Assembly (NCBI GenBank): GCA_029907255.1
Contig: JARYMF010000007.1
Location: forward strand, 37,896-101,895
Length of the DNA stretch: 64,000 bases
DNA from: Armatimonadota bacterium
Lineage (GTDB): Bacteria > Armatimonadota > UBA5829 > DTJY01
Reading direction: 5' to 3'
Below are positions 27,391 to 36,392 of the stretch, one piece after another (the stretch's first letter is position 1; each line of letters opens with the position of its first letter). Under the pieces are notes generated by a model. That model worked only from the letters and a program-made list of their open reading frames with translations. It made no database searches and was not told where the DNA came from. Made by a program: the position numbers and the translations under genes.

Positions 27391-29364
27391 TTATTTCCAG
27401 CCGTTTGCTATTTGTGCTAGCTGGCCTGCAAGAAATTGCCCCTGCGATTGCAGTTTGCTGAGAGCGTTCTCCATAGCCGTGAATTTAGCCACGAGTTGCT
27501 CTTCTTTTGCTGCTATTCTCTTTTCTAATTCAGCGATGTAATCGTTTATGTCTTTTATCTGAGAATTAATTGTGTCTTGAGCAGCGTCTATTGCTCCAGT
27601 ATCTGCCGATGTAATGAAGCTTAGGTAGTCGGACAAAATTGCTCCGACTCCTTTTGTAAAGTAGATAACCCCATAGTTTCCAGGGGTAGTCGCGGTGATT
27701 TTAATCTTTAATCCTTCGGTGTTTTCGTTGCCTACGTTGCCAGTTAGATATTGACCATTTCCAGTCGCTGGTTCGCCGTTGATTGTGCCCGCAACATCTG
27801 TACCAGCAGCCCCTGTTCCAGTTCCTGCCTCGCCATCGTAGTCATCCTGGGTGACCAATACATTACCCAAGCCAGATGTTATTTGCCCCGGCTGGGTATT
27901 AGAGAGGTTGGAAATGGCACGAATCGAAAGGTTGCCATATCCAATCCTGGTGAGTGTTAGGTAATCTCCTGTCCCTTGGCCGTTGATGTCAGTCCTTGAC
28001 GCAATGACGCCAGTTTGGGAGGAGTACTCGTTTATTTTTGCGACTACTTGTTCAGCACTCATGCCGGTTGTGAGCTTTATGGTGGTATTGTTAATGGTGA
28101 TTTCTTCATCTTGTGTGAGGACGCCGGTTTGAGCAACGCCTGCGGTTATCCGTGATTGCGTTGCCACAGCTGTGACGACAATTTCATATCCGTTGGTGCC
28201 TGATATTTTTGTCCTTTCGGTGGATGAGACGTATGATATAGCTCCATTAGTTGTATCCCCAACGGCGGCAAAAAGGCGCTTGATGGTGTCTATATTGTTT
28301 TTTAGGGCTTCATCTAATTTAGTCTCATCAATCAAAAGCTTATTATCGCTGGTTGTGGATGTTATTCCAATCTGCGATAGTAGTTTTACAGATTGGCTCA
28401 ATCCTTCAATAGGTTTACCTACTCTTGTTGCAAGGTCCGACTGGATTAATTGCAAAGATGAATCCGAGAAGAGTGCCCCACCAGAATTGGTCTCAGTATT
28501 GTATTTAAATTGCTGATTGATATAATCCATCAGGTTATTGTATTGGTCAACAAAGTCCTTAATGGATTGTTTCACAGCGTTTGTATTGTTTTCTATTGTA
28601 ACTGTGATAACCTTTGTTGGGTCGGCCTTTTGCAAGTTAAGGGTCACACCTGGAATGAGATCTGTGATGGTATTGCTACTTTTATAAACGGTAATCTCCG
28701 AACCAGCGCCATCACCAAGTGTTAGACTAGCATCTTGCGCTGACTGCAGGTCAGTGAAAGTTGGCAAAGTGCCGGTAACATTGAGGGTAATTGTACCAAC
28801 CGTCCCAGTCTTGTTGCTAGTTATGACCAGCCGATAAGGGTTAGTTTCTGAACCATCGTTTATAATGCTAGCAGTAACGCCCGCATTTGAATTATTGATG
28901 GCATTGCGTATTCCAGCAAGAGTGTTATTTGTTTCATCAATTGTGATTTGAACTGGAGTGCCCGTTCCCACGGCTATGGTAATTGTTCCTGTCCCAACGC
29001 GAGTTGTAGTTGTATCTGCAAATCCTTCGGTTTTAAGCTGATGTGCGCGGGCAAGAGTATTAACCTTGAGATAGTAGGTTCCTGTTTGTGCTGAGGAGGA
29101 AGCTGAGCCGCGAATTATGTCTTCATCGCTTGAGATGAGACTCTTTACGTCAAAGGTCGAGCTAAGGGCTAAAGAATCGGCTTTTGTTTTAAGAGCGAGT
29201 ATACGTGTATTCGCTTCCTGCCATGCGGCAAGTTTTGAGTTCAGGGTCGCTCTTTGTGCTTCCAGTCGTTTTATAGGTATTCGCTCAATCTCAATAAGTT
29301 TTGCGATAATCTCATCCGTTTTTAACCCTGATATTACGCCGTTTATTGACGCTGTCCCTGGCAT
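27391..29364 (-). CDS. fliD: Flagellar filament cap FliD
   Basis: GVISGLKTDEII, LARAH, SNTITDLIPGVTL, FVDQYN and KFTAME motifs. Confidence 0.95.
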   Translation of the reverse strand: MPGTASINGVISGLKTDEIIAKLIEIERIPIKRLEAQRATLNSKLAAWQEANTRILALKTKADSLALSSTFDVKSLISSDEDIIRGSASSSAQTGTYYLKVNTLARAHQLKTEGFADTTTTRVGTGTITIAVGTGTPVQITIDETNNTLAGIRNAINNSNAGVTASIINDGSETNPYRLVITSNKTGTVGTITLNVTGTLPTFTDLQSAQDASLTLGDGAGSEITVYKSSNTITDLIPGVTLNLQKADPTKVITVTIENNTNAVKQSIKDFVDQYNNLMDYINQQFKYNTETNSGGALFSDSSLQLIQSDLATRVGKPIEGLSQSVKLLSQIGITSTTSDNKLLIDETKLDEALKNNIDTIKRLFAAVGDTTNGAISYVSSTERTKISGTNGYEIVVTAVATQSRITAGVAQTGVLTQDEEITINNTTIKLTTGMSAEQVVAKINEYSSQTGVIASRTDINGQGTGDYLTLTRIGYGNLSIRAISNLSNTQPGQITSGLGNVLVTQDDYDGEAGTGTGAAGTDVAGTINGEPATGNGQYLTGNVGNENTEGLKIKITATTPGNYGVIYFTKGVGAILSDYLSFITSADTGAIDAAQDTINSQIKDINDYIAELEKRIAAKEEQLVAKFTAMENALSKLQSQGQFLAGQLAQIANGWK

Positions 29365-29426
29365 TCTCCAGCTCCAAATGTTTAAGTATTTGTGGAAGTA
29401 GCGATTCTAATTTTATCGTGTAGTAG

Positions 29427-29450
29427 CGTGGCCGCCATGAGGCGGCCACG
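29427..29450 (-). other. GC-rich hairpin between fliC and fliD
   Basis: CGTGGCCGCC-TCAT-GGCGGCCACG, 10-bp stem, no U-tract on the minus strand. Confidence 0.65.
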
Positions 29451-29474
29451 TTGTTATTTGGTGAGCTTTAGGCG

Positions 29475-30290
29475 CTACCTGATTAGTGCCAGTAGCGCTT
29501 GCGGCGCTGCGTTCGCCTGCGTAAGCATTGCAACGCCAGCCTGCAGTAGAATCTGGTTGCGTGTAAACGCTACCATTTCCGCTGCCATGTCGCTGTCTCT
29601 AATCGAGCTTTCAGATGCGGCGATGTTTTCCTTTGCTACGCCAAGGGACGCTATGTTGGACTCGAGGTCCTTTTGTGCCGCACCTAACTGGGCTCTCATT
29701 GTAGATACCGTGTTTATTGCGGTATCAAGCAGTGAGATAGCGCCCTGAGCGTCAGTAGTAACGTCTATTGAGGCCACACCCAGAGCTTCTGCAGAGACGT
29801 TTTCAATGCTTATGGTTGTCGTCTGGTTGGCGTTTGCACCTACCTGGAAAACTAAACCGCTAGCAGTACCATCCAATAGCTTCTTCGTACCGAACTGCGT
29901 GTTCGCAGAAATTCGGTTAAGAGCTGATATCGCAGAATCAATCTGCGTCTGGTCTGCTTGCAAAGCGGTTTCATCGTTTGCACCTTCGTTTGCCGCGTGC
30001 AGTGCCAGGTTGCGCATTGTGCGAAGCAGGTTCTGGACTTCGGCCAGAGCGCCCTCAGCTGTCTTTATCATATTGACTGCATCGCTTGAGTTTGCTATCG
30101 CCTGGCCTAGACCACTAATCTGGCTGCGCAGGTTTTCAGAAATTGCCAGTCCTGCCGGGTCATCTGCTGCTCGGTTGATTCTAAAACCAGATGACAACCG
30201 TTCGATTGACGCAGCTAATGCAGAGTCAGTGCCCTGCAACTGACGGTGCGCATTGAGCGCTGCTGCATTCAGGTTGATCCGTAAAGACAT
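29475..30290 (-). CDS. fliC: Flagellin (minimal, 271 aa)
   Basis: MSLRIN.N, ERLSSGFRINRAADDPAGLAISE, QVGAN, RAQLGA and IRDSDMAAEM motifs. Confidence 0.98.
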   Translation of the reverse strand: MSLRINLNAAALNAHRQLQGTDSALAASIERLSSGFRINRAADDPAGLAISENLRSQISGLGQAIANSSDAVNMIKTAEGALAEVQNLLRTMRNLALHAANEGANDETALQADQTQIDSAISALNRISANTQFGTKKLLDGTASGLVFQVGANANQTTTISIENVSAEALGVASIDVTTDAQGAISLLDTAINTVSTMRAQLGAAQKDLESNIASLGVAKENIAASESSIRDSDMAAEMVAFTRNQILLQAGVAMLTQANAAPQALLALIR

Positions 30291-30345
30291 GTTCTATCCT
30301 CCTCCTTGAAGTTTTGTCCTTTGGACTTTGGAGCATCCTGCTCCA
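30291..30345 (-). promoter_or_regulatory. Putative CsrA-binding sites in the fliC 5' UTR
   Basis: Minus strand: TGGAGCA-GGA-TGCTCCA hairpin, AAAGGAC, and AAGGAGGAGGA overlapping the SD. Confidence 0.7.
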
Positions 30346-30552
30346 TTTTAGCCGGCTGAGTAGTGCAGCCGATTCCGACCGCCGGCTATTAGCACTCTGC
30401 TATTATCGGAATCGGATTTTCTCATGGGCGCACATTCATGAGTCATGTTGCGCCCAAACTGCACATACGCATCACTCTCCTTTCGAAAGCAATGTTTTGC
30501 GTCTCCAAGTTAAATCGCAAACAAACTGGTTTTGCTTTTTCTTGCAAGTATT

Positions 30553-30580
30553 ATTACGGATATTACTTCCAAGTTCTTAT
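30553..30580 (-). promoter_or_regulatory. Possible sigma-28 promoter for fliC
   Basis: ATAAG-N15-TCCGTAAT, a partial match to TAAA-N15-GCCGATAA. Confidence 0.35.
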
Positions 30581-30631
30581 TCCATAATTAAGCAAATATT
30601 TGTGATATTTATTAAGCTAGATAAATAACTT

Positions 30632-31096
30632 TTAGGCTGCTTTGGCCAAGCAATTAGAGTGCTCTTCCTTTGGAATTTCGCCGATTACATGTTTTGTTCC
30701 ATATCGCTCATCATCAAGAACTATTTGGCGTGCATGGAACGTGCGAGCATTGATTACTATTGGCCCAAGGAGGTTGGTTGTAATTCTGCCGTTTTCCCTG
30801 TCAACCGTTACTGTGGTTAGCATTACAGCCTCAGTTGCCTCCTTGAGATCAAGTGATGCTACTTGGTCATCATTAAGAACTATTTCGTAATCGGGAAAAA
30901 AGTCAGTTGGATTGATTACAATGAATGCCACAGCAGGGTCATCCACTGCCTGAAGCCATTTGAATGGCGTATCGGTTCGATCATGCAATAACACATAGCG
31001 CGTGCATGCTGGGAAGCCAAGCATTCCATCTGGCATGTTTACAATAGAATCCTTGGAAACTTCCACAGTTCCGAATCTTGTTGTTTCAATTTTCAT
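30632..31096 (-). CDS. fliW: Flagellar assembly factor FliW
   Basis: MKIETTRFG, GMLGF, PFKWLQA and TTNLLGPIVIN motifs. Confidence 0.95.
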   Translation of the reverse strand: MKIETTRFGTVEVSKDSIVNMPDGMLGFPACTRYVLLHDRTDTPFKWLQAVDDPAVAFIVINPTDFFPDYEIVLNDDQVASLDLKEATEAVMLTTVTVDRENGRITTNLLGPIVINARTFHARQIVLDDERYGTKHVIGEIPKEEHSNCLAKAA

Positions 31097-31122
31097 ATTG
31101 TGAATACTCCTTCCTCAGCAAG

Positions 31123-32037
31123 CTACTTAAGGAAATCTGCCAGCGTAAGATTCATTATTCTGCCAGCAGTTGCAATTGCTGCCTGATAAACGTTCTCTCG
31201 AGTACGAAGATCTACAATTGCTTCCGCAAGATCCGCATCCTCTGTTTTCGATAATAATTCCGCCATAGTTACTTTAGAATTAAGCAGTGCTTCATTTGTT
31301 GCTTCGAGCCTACTCAAGCTTGCACCCGCTTTTGACCTTACTGCTATGGCATTATCAAGAAGTGCATCGATGTCGGCTATCCTTGCAGAAATTGCTTTGC
31401 AGTCTCCGGCGAGTACTTCTTCTTTAAGCAAACGTATTGTTTCAAATATATCGGGCGAGCTTGGAACTGCAACGCTGCCCATATTTAGCACCATATCTCC
31501 CGTCACACCAGCGGGGATTGATATGCCAGGCCCAACTCGGATAAGTAGCTGATTGCTATTGCCTTGATATATATATGGCGGCTGACCTGCTGGATTGCTG
31601 ATTATCGGCGGCTTGTCACTTAAGCTTCCTGCAAAAATGTATTTGCCTAAGCATTGTGTATTTGCTAAATCAGCAATTTCGGATGAAACGTGGTCCAGCT
31701 GTGCCGCAACTGCCATTTTTGCTTCGTCAGTTATACTTGCATTTGCTGATGTCATAGCTAGCGACCTCACGGTGCGGATAGCTGAAACTATCGAGTCGAG
31801 AGCACTGCATGTTATCGATAATCTGTTTCGTGCGATGTCGGTATTTCGTGTATACTGCTCAATCGAAGCAATGGATGATCGCAATCCCAGTGCTCGTCCG
31901 GTTCCCACAACATCGTCCGACGGTTGCCTTATGCGCTTTCCTGAGGAAGCTCTATCCTGTGCTTTTAGAAGAGCCTCGGAGTTTGTCATGAGATTCATTC
32001 GCACTGTTTCAGCTACCATCCCAAGGGTGAGTCGCAT
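31123..32037 (-). CDS. flgL: Hook-associated protein FlgL
   Basis: SSGKRIRQPSDD, GKYIFAG and EDADLAEA motifs. Confidence 0.93.
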   Translation of the reverse strand: MRLTLGMVAETVRMNLMTNSEALLKAQDRASSGKRIRQPSDDVVGTGRALGLRSSIASIEQYTRNTDIARNRLSITCSALDSIVSAIRTVRSLAMTSANASITDEAKMAVAAQLDHVSSEIADLANTQCLGKYIFAGSLSDKPPIISNPAGQPPYIYQGNSNQLLIRVGPGISIPAGVTGDMVLNMGSVAVPSSPDIFETIRLLKEEVLAGDCKAISARIADIDALLDNAIAVRSKAGASLSRLEATNEALLNSKVTMAELLSKTEDADLAEAIVDLRTRENVYQAAIATAGRIMNLTLADFLK

Positions 32038-32042
32038 GGTAC

Positions 32043-33434
32043 TTACCTCCCGCTAATCCCCATTTGGCTTATTATGGTATCAAGCATTTCGTCCATAATG
32101 CTGATGATTCGGGCAGCGGCATTATAAGCCTGTTGGTATTTGATCATGTTTACCATTTCTTCGTCGATTGATACGCCTGACATGGATGCCCTTTGCAGCT
32201 TTAATTGATGGGTGGAAAGCTCCTGGACGCTGTGTTGGTTTTTTGCTTCTCGTGCATTCGCGCCAATACGGGCAATCAGGCTGTTGTAGGCATCTCCAAT
32301 GGTTTCCCCATCGATAACTGGCTGGTTGCGAAGGTCCGAGATATTTAGGGCAATGGAATTGTCAGCAATGGTTCCACTTGTGCCCGTTGCAACCATTCTC
32401 GGATCAGAAATCAGAGCCCACTCTACCTCAATGTTGGATGCATTGCGGCCGGAAGCAAAAAAGTTGCCTGCGGGATTGCCATTAGGTAAGCGCCCTTCAG
32501 AATATATTGCGTTTACTGCTTCTATCAACCCACTAGCAATAGTATTTAGCGAATCAATGCACTCTTGGATTGTTGTGTCTCGCACATATAATAGGCCTTT
32601 TATCTGGCCACCATTTATCAAAACTTGCGAATTGTCATTACTCCACACGATGTCCGACCATGCTCCGGTGCCCTGAACGACTGATATCTCGTTAACGTGT
32701 GTACCTTGCACCAGGTTTTTGCCACCTATTGAAAGCATTAGTTCAGAGCCATTGAGCCCATGTACTTCGACACGCACGAATTTTGAGAGCTCTTCGATCA
32801 GCAAAGCGCGTCGGTCAAGCAAGTCGTTTGGGCTATTGCCGGCGCTCACTACGCCAGTGATTTCGTTGTTAATTTTCGCTATCTCTTGGGCTAATGTATT
32901 TACCTGTGCAACACAGTCTGCAATGGTCTGGTCTGTGTGTTTTTGAAGGCTGAGCAAGTCGCCATAGAGCTTTCGCATACGGTCGGCCAATGCAACACCT
33001 GCATCCACTACAGCAGATCGCGCTGGCAGACTGTCGGGGCTGGAGGCTAGTTCTTCCCAAGAATTCCAAAATTGATCAAGCACTCCTGAGAGCCCCATGC
33101 TTCCTGGCTCACCGAAAATTGATTCGATTTGCCCCAAGGCTTCATTTCTTGATTGCCACATGCCGAGTTGGTCAGTAGCACGTCGGATTAACCCATCCAA
33201 ATAGTCCGTCTGAGCGCGTCTGATTGTTTGGATAACAACGCCTGTGCCAAATTGTGGAATGATACCTCCACCGAGGGCATACGAACCTTGTGCAGGATTG
33301 TTGGTGACAAAAATTGGTTCCTGACGCCGATAGCCTTCAGTGTTGGCGTTGGCGATGTTGTGCCCCGTTACATTCAATGCATATTGTTGAGCGCGAAGAG
33401 CACTAACGGCTATATCAAGCCCAGAAAACGACAA
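32043..33434 (-). CDS. flgK: Hook-associated protein FlgK
   Basis: TGHNIANANTEGYRRQ, NDLLDRR and SGVSIDEEMVNMIKYQQAYNAAAR motifs. Confidence 0.95.
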   Translation of the reverse strand: MSFSGLDIAVSALRAQQYALNVTGHNIANANTEGYRRQEPIFVTNNPAQGSYALGGGIIPQFGTGVVIQTIRRAQTDYLDGLIRRATDQLGMWQSRNEALGQIESIFGEPGSMGLSGVLDQFWNSWEELASSPDSLPARSAVVDAGVALADRMRKLYGDLLSLQKHTDQTIADCVAQVNTLAQEIAKINNEITGVVSAGNSPNDLLDRRALLIEELSKFVRVEVHGLNGSELMLSIGGKNLVQGTHVNEISVVQGTGAWSDIVWSNDNSQVLINGGQIKGLLYVRDTTIQECIDSLNTIASGLIEAVNAIYSEGRLPNGNPAGNFFASGRNASNIEVEWALISDPRMVATGTSGTIADNSIALNISDLRNQPVIDGETIGDAYNSLIARIGANAREAKNQHSVQELSTHQLKLQRASMSGVSIDEEMVNMIKYQQAYNAAARIISIMDEMLDTIISQMGISGR

Positions 33435-33447
33435 TTTTTACCTCCAG

Positions 33448-33891
33448 TTAAACCTTCTTATCTAGCAAGAGTGCTCCGTTCCACTCACCCTCGTTAGCTG
33501 CGCGCTGCTCGGTAACGAGTTTTGAAAGCAGCTCGAGTGAAAATCGTGTGTATCCTAAAGAATTTCTGAGTAGTTCGGTGTTAGCGGCGACTAACGATCG
33601 AAGCCTTTGAGCTACTTCGGCTGTTTCATGGCGAATTGCATTAAGCCTATCATCGTCATATCTTGCTTTTTCCTGGGCAAGAAGCTTTGTAATGGCTTCT
33701 TCTCGCCGAGCCAGTTTGTCCAAGTTGAGCAAAACTGAATCATGCTTGCGTACGTTCTCAGCAAGTTCCTCGTGCATGCCATCCTTGAGAATAGATTGTT
33801 GCTCTTTTGAAAGATTTATTAATTCGCGTAGTTTCTCAAGCTTGTGCTCTGCTGTTGCAATCAATTCATCCCGAAGGCGTTCCGAGTCCAT
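33448..33891 (-). CDS. flgN: Export chaperone FlgN
   Basis: Helical; N..LL..SL motif; ends LLDKKV; between flgM and flgK. Confidence 0.8.
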   Translation of the reverse strand: MDSERLRDELIATAEHKLEKLRELINLSKEQQSILKDGMHEELAENVRKHDSVLLNLDKLARREEAITKLLAQEKARYDDDRLNAIRHETAEVAQRLRSLVAANTELLRNSLGYTRFSLELLSKLVTEQRAANEGEWNGALLLDKKV

Positions 33892-33905
33892 GTTAATTCT
33901 CCCAC

Positions 33906-34208
33906 TTACTTTATTCTGCCTTGGAATATGTCAGTCAGTATTCGGCGTGCAAGCTCATCCTCGTTCACTGCATATTTGCCAAATTGAATTCTGCTTTTGA
34001 TGTCAGCTATGACATCATCGCGAACACTTGGCAGTTTTGCAATAACTTGCTTAATTTTCTGCATTTCGGTTGCCTGTTTTGAAAGGATTAGCTTATCCGG
34101 ATGCGATGAAGGAACAACCCCGGTTATTGGCCTAATTGTATTGACTTTATGCGTATGCAATTCGAGAACTTTATGGATTTGACTGTTTGAAATATGCATC
34201 ATACACAC
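33906..34208 (-). CDS. flgM: Anti-sigma-28 factor FlgM (start uncertain)
   Basis: DKLILS and LPSVRDDVIADIKSRIQFGKYAV motifs. Confidence 0.85.
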   Translation of the reverse strand: MCMMHISNSQIHKVLELHTHKVNTIRPITGVVPSSHPDKLILSKQATEMQKIKQVIAKLPSVRDDVIADIKSRIQFGKYAVNEDELARRILTDIFQGRIK

Positions 34209-34255
34209 CCTTTAGGGTTGGCAATTGCCAATTTAGTTACTCTTTTCCAAAGTAT

Positions 34256-34283
34256 GTTTCGACTCATTTCACCGAAACTTTAG
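34256..34283 (-). promoter_or_regulatory. Sigma-28 promoter of the flgM operon
   Basis: CTAAA-N15-GTCGAAAC on the minus strand. Confidence 0.7.
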
Positions 34284-34350
34284 CGTTTTTTAATATTGCA
34301 AGCGATTGCCTAGTAAATTAAAACCCATCTAGGTTTTATCCAACCCTTGC

Positions 34351-34644
34351 TTAGTCCTTGTCATTACGAGTTTTCGATAGCTGGGCATACAGCATGTCTG
34401 CTATGCCCAGAGGGGTTGTAAGAGAAAGCTGCTTGGCTATTTCCTCATCAAGCATGCTGTTGAAAAGTTCTTCTTCGCGCCTGTCACCAAACAAATCGGT
34501 TTTAGGAATTGACTGGCGCATTATTGTTAGGAGCTGATGGATAAGAACGGATTCAAACTCCTTACATGCCTTCCTCAATTTTTGCTCGTCGCCTATGACC
34601 GCTGATGTATTTGATTTGCTTATTGGTAGATTGTTAATGCGCAT
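34351..34644 (-). CDS. flgJ: Rod-capping FlgJ (rod-binding domain only)
   Basis: LRKACKEFES, MRQS and GIADMLYAQL motifs; no muramidase domain. Confidence 0.88.
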   Translation of the reverse strand: MRINNLPISKSNTSAVIGDEQKLRKACKEFESVLIHQLLTIMRQSIPKTDLFGDRREEELFNSMLDEEIAKQLSLTTPLGIADMLYAQLSKTRNDKD

Positions 34645-34671
34645 GAGAATGACCTCACTTTGACAAGTCGG

Positions 34672-35775
34672 TTATATAATCTCAAGCTCTGCATGAAGAG
34701 CGCCTGCCTGCTTGAGAGCCTGAAGAATAGCTACAATATCTCTGGGTGTTACCTTAAGTTCGTTTAATGCTTGCACAAGTTGCCTCAAAGTTGAGCCTGG
34801 CTGGAGGTTGATCAAATATCCGCGTTCTTCCTTTACATCAACCGTAGTTTGCTCAACGACCGCTGTTTCGCCTTTCTTGGCGAATGGACCAGGTTGCGAA
34901 ACTTGCTTTTCTGTCTTTATCTCAATGCTTAAATTGCCATGTGATATAGCAACTGGCGATAACTTGACTCCGCCGCCAATGATGACTGTTCCGGTGCGTT
35001 CATTTACAATGACTTTTGCCACCTCAGCTTCAACAACTGAAAGCTCGCCAACGTCGGCAATTGTTCTTATCACATCTTGTTCGCCTGCTTTAACCTGGAC
35101 TGTTGCTGCGTCCAAAGCTGTAGCCGTGCCCGCCCCGAACTTGCTGCTTACTGCTTCAGCGATACGGACTGCAGTGGTAAAGTCGGGGTTGTTCAGCAAT
35201 ATATTGATACAGCCGTCCTCAACAAGTGTCGTTGGGACCGCTTGCTCGATGATTGCTCCGCCAGGGATGCGCCCTACGGTAGTGTGGTTTTTCGTTACGC
35301 TGGTGCCGCCTCCACCTGCGGTGAACCCACCGACTGAAACTGGACCTTGGGCAACTGCGTAAACTAAACCATTAGCTGCTTGAAGCGGCGTCTGTAGCAA
35401 TGTGCCGCCTTGGAGCGTTCGAGCATCTCCCAGTGAGGAAACCGTTACGTCAATCTTGCTTCCTGGGCGAACAAAGGGCGGAAGGTCAGCTGTAACCATG
35501 ACAGCAGCTACATTTTTCACTTTCATCTTGTCTGGCGGCACACTAATGCCAAATTTTTGAAGCATGTTGGCTACAGACTGGGCGGTGAAAAGTGTTTGCT
35601 GGGTGTCGCCAGAACCGTCGAGGCCTACTACTAGCCCGTAGCCGAAGAGCTGATTGCTTCTGGCTCCTTCAATTCGGGCAATATCCTTAATTTTCACAGT
35701 CTGGTCGGCCGTTGCCATTTCTAGCGTCAAGATAATCAAAAAGGCAAAGCATATCTTAGCCATAGTGCGATTCAT
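34672..35775 (-). CDS. flgI: Flagellar P-ring protein FlgI
   Basis: IKDIA...RSNQLFGYGLVVGLDGSGD, KNVAAVMVTA and AGALHAEL motifs. Confidence 0.97.
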   Translation of the reverse strand: MNRTMAKICFAFLIILTLEMATADQTVKIKDIARIEGARSNQLFGYGLVVGLDGSGDTQQTLFTAQSVANMLQKFGISVPPDKMKVKNVAAVMVTADLPPFVRPGSKIDVTVSSLGDARTLQGGTLLQTPLQAANGLVYAVAQGPVSVGGFTAGGGGTSVTKNHTTVGRIPGGAIIEQAVPTTLVEDGCINILLNNPDFTTAVRIAEAVSSKFGAGTATALDAATVQVKAGEQDVIRTIADVGELSVVEAEVAKVIVNERTGTVIIGGGVKLSPVAISHGNLSIEIKTEKQVSQPGPFAKKGETAVVEQTTVDVKEERGYLINLQPGSTLRQLVQALNELKVTPRDIVAILQALKQAGALHAELEII

Positions 35776-35808
35776 AATGCTTCCTCCATCAACAAGGTCG
35801 TAAGCGGT

Positions 35809-36390
35809 CTAGAATAAAAACCTAAGTATCTTGCTAATAAAGCCTTCTTTTGTACGGTTACCTACCGGGCCTTTGCCAATGGTTTCAATCCTAACATCAG
35901 CCAAATTAGTTGAAAGTACTGTGTTATCAGATCTAATGTCTTGAGGCCGAACAATCCCCGTCAGAATTATGGTTTGTTTATCACCATTCATGTTGAGCGA
36001 TCGCTCGGCTTTAATTTCGAGATTGCCGTTCTTTTGAACATTTGTTACGGTAGCGGCAAGTCGGGTTTCGAACTTATTGCTTACTACGCTTTCGCCGGAT
36101 GTCGAGCTATTCTGCGATGAGGTATAGCCGAGCTCGGGGACCAGTTTTAGAAATGGGCCAATGCCTGCTGCATTATCATGCTCGAGGCTCTTGTCGAAGC
36201 TTTGTCCAGCTTTTTGTGAAGCGGCGGATTGTTCAACGATTAATACTGTAATTAAATCGCCAACCTTGCTTGGCCTTAAATCAGCAAAGAGGCTTTTCTC
36301 CGCTGGCTGCCAAAGTGAATCAGCACAGAGAGATGTGACTGTAGCTATAAGCAAAATAATACTTAAAACTGCGAATCTTCTTAGTAACAT
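35809..36390 (-). CDS. flgH: Flagellar L-ring protein FlgH
   Basis: SLFAD, VGDLITVLI, NGNLEI and GIVRPQDI..DNTV.S motifs. Confidence 0.92.
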   Translation of the reverse strand: MLLRRFAVLSIILLIATVTSLCADSLWQPAEKSLFADLRPSKVGDLITVLIVEQSAASQKAGQSFDKSLEHDNAAGIGPFLKLVPELGYTSSQNSSTSGESVVSNKFETRLAATVTNVQKNGNLEIKAERSLNMNGDKQTIILTGIVRPQDIRSDNTVLSTNLADVRIETIGKGPVGNRTKEGFISKILRFLF

Positions 36391-36392
36391 TG

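Noticed and set aside
29413..29441. Possible sigma28 promoter for fliD (-10 CACGATAA)
   Set aside because: The -35 position reads CTCAT and falls within the hairpin; insufficient support.
30403..30430. TCCGATAA as the sigma28 -10 of fliC
   Set aside because: A good -10 but no TAAA-like -35 at 15-16 nt, and it is part of an inverted repeat. Not excluded, but unsupported.
30314..30628. 104-aa + strand ORF, or a hidden csrA, between fliC and fliW
   Set aside because: No CsrA-like sequence (MLVLTRK...) is visible, and the ORF is antisense across the regulatory leader.
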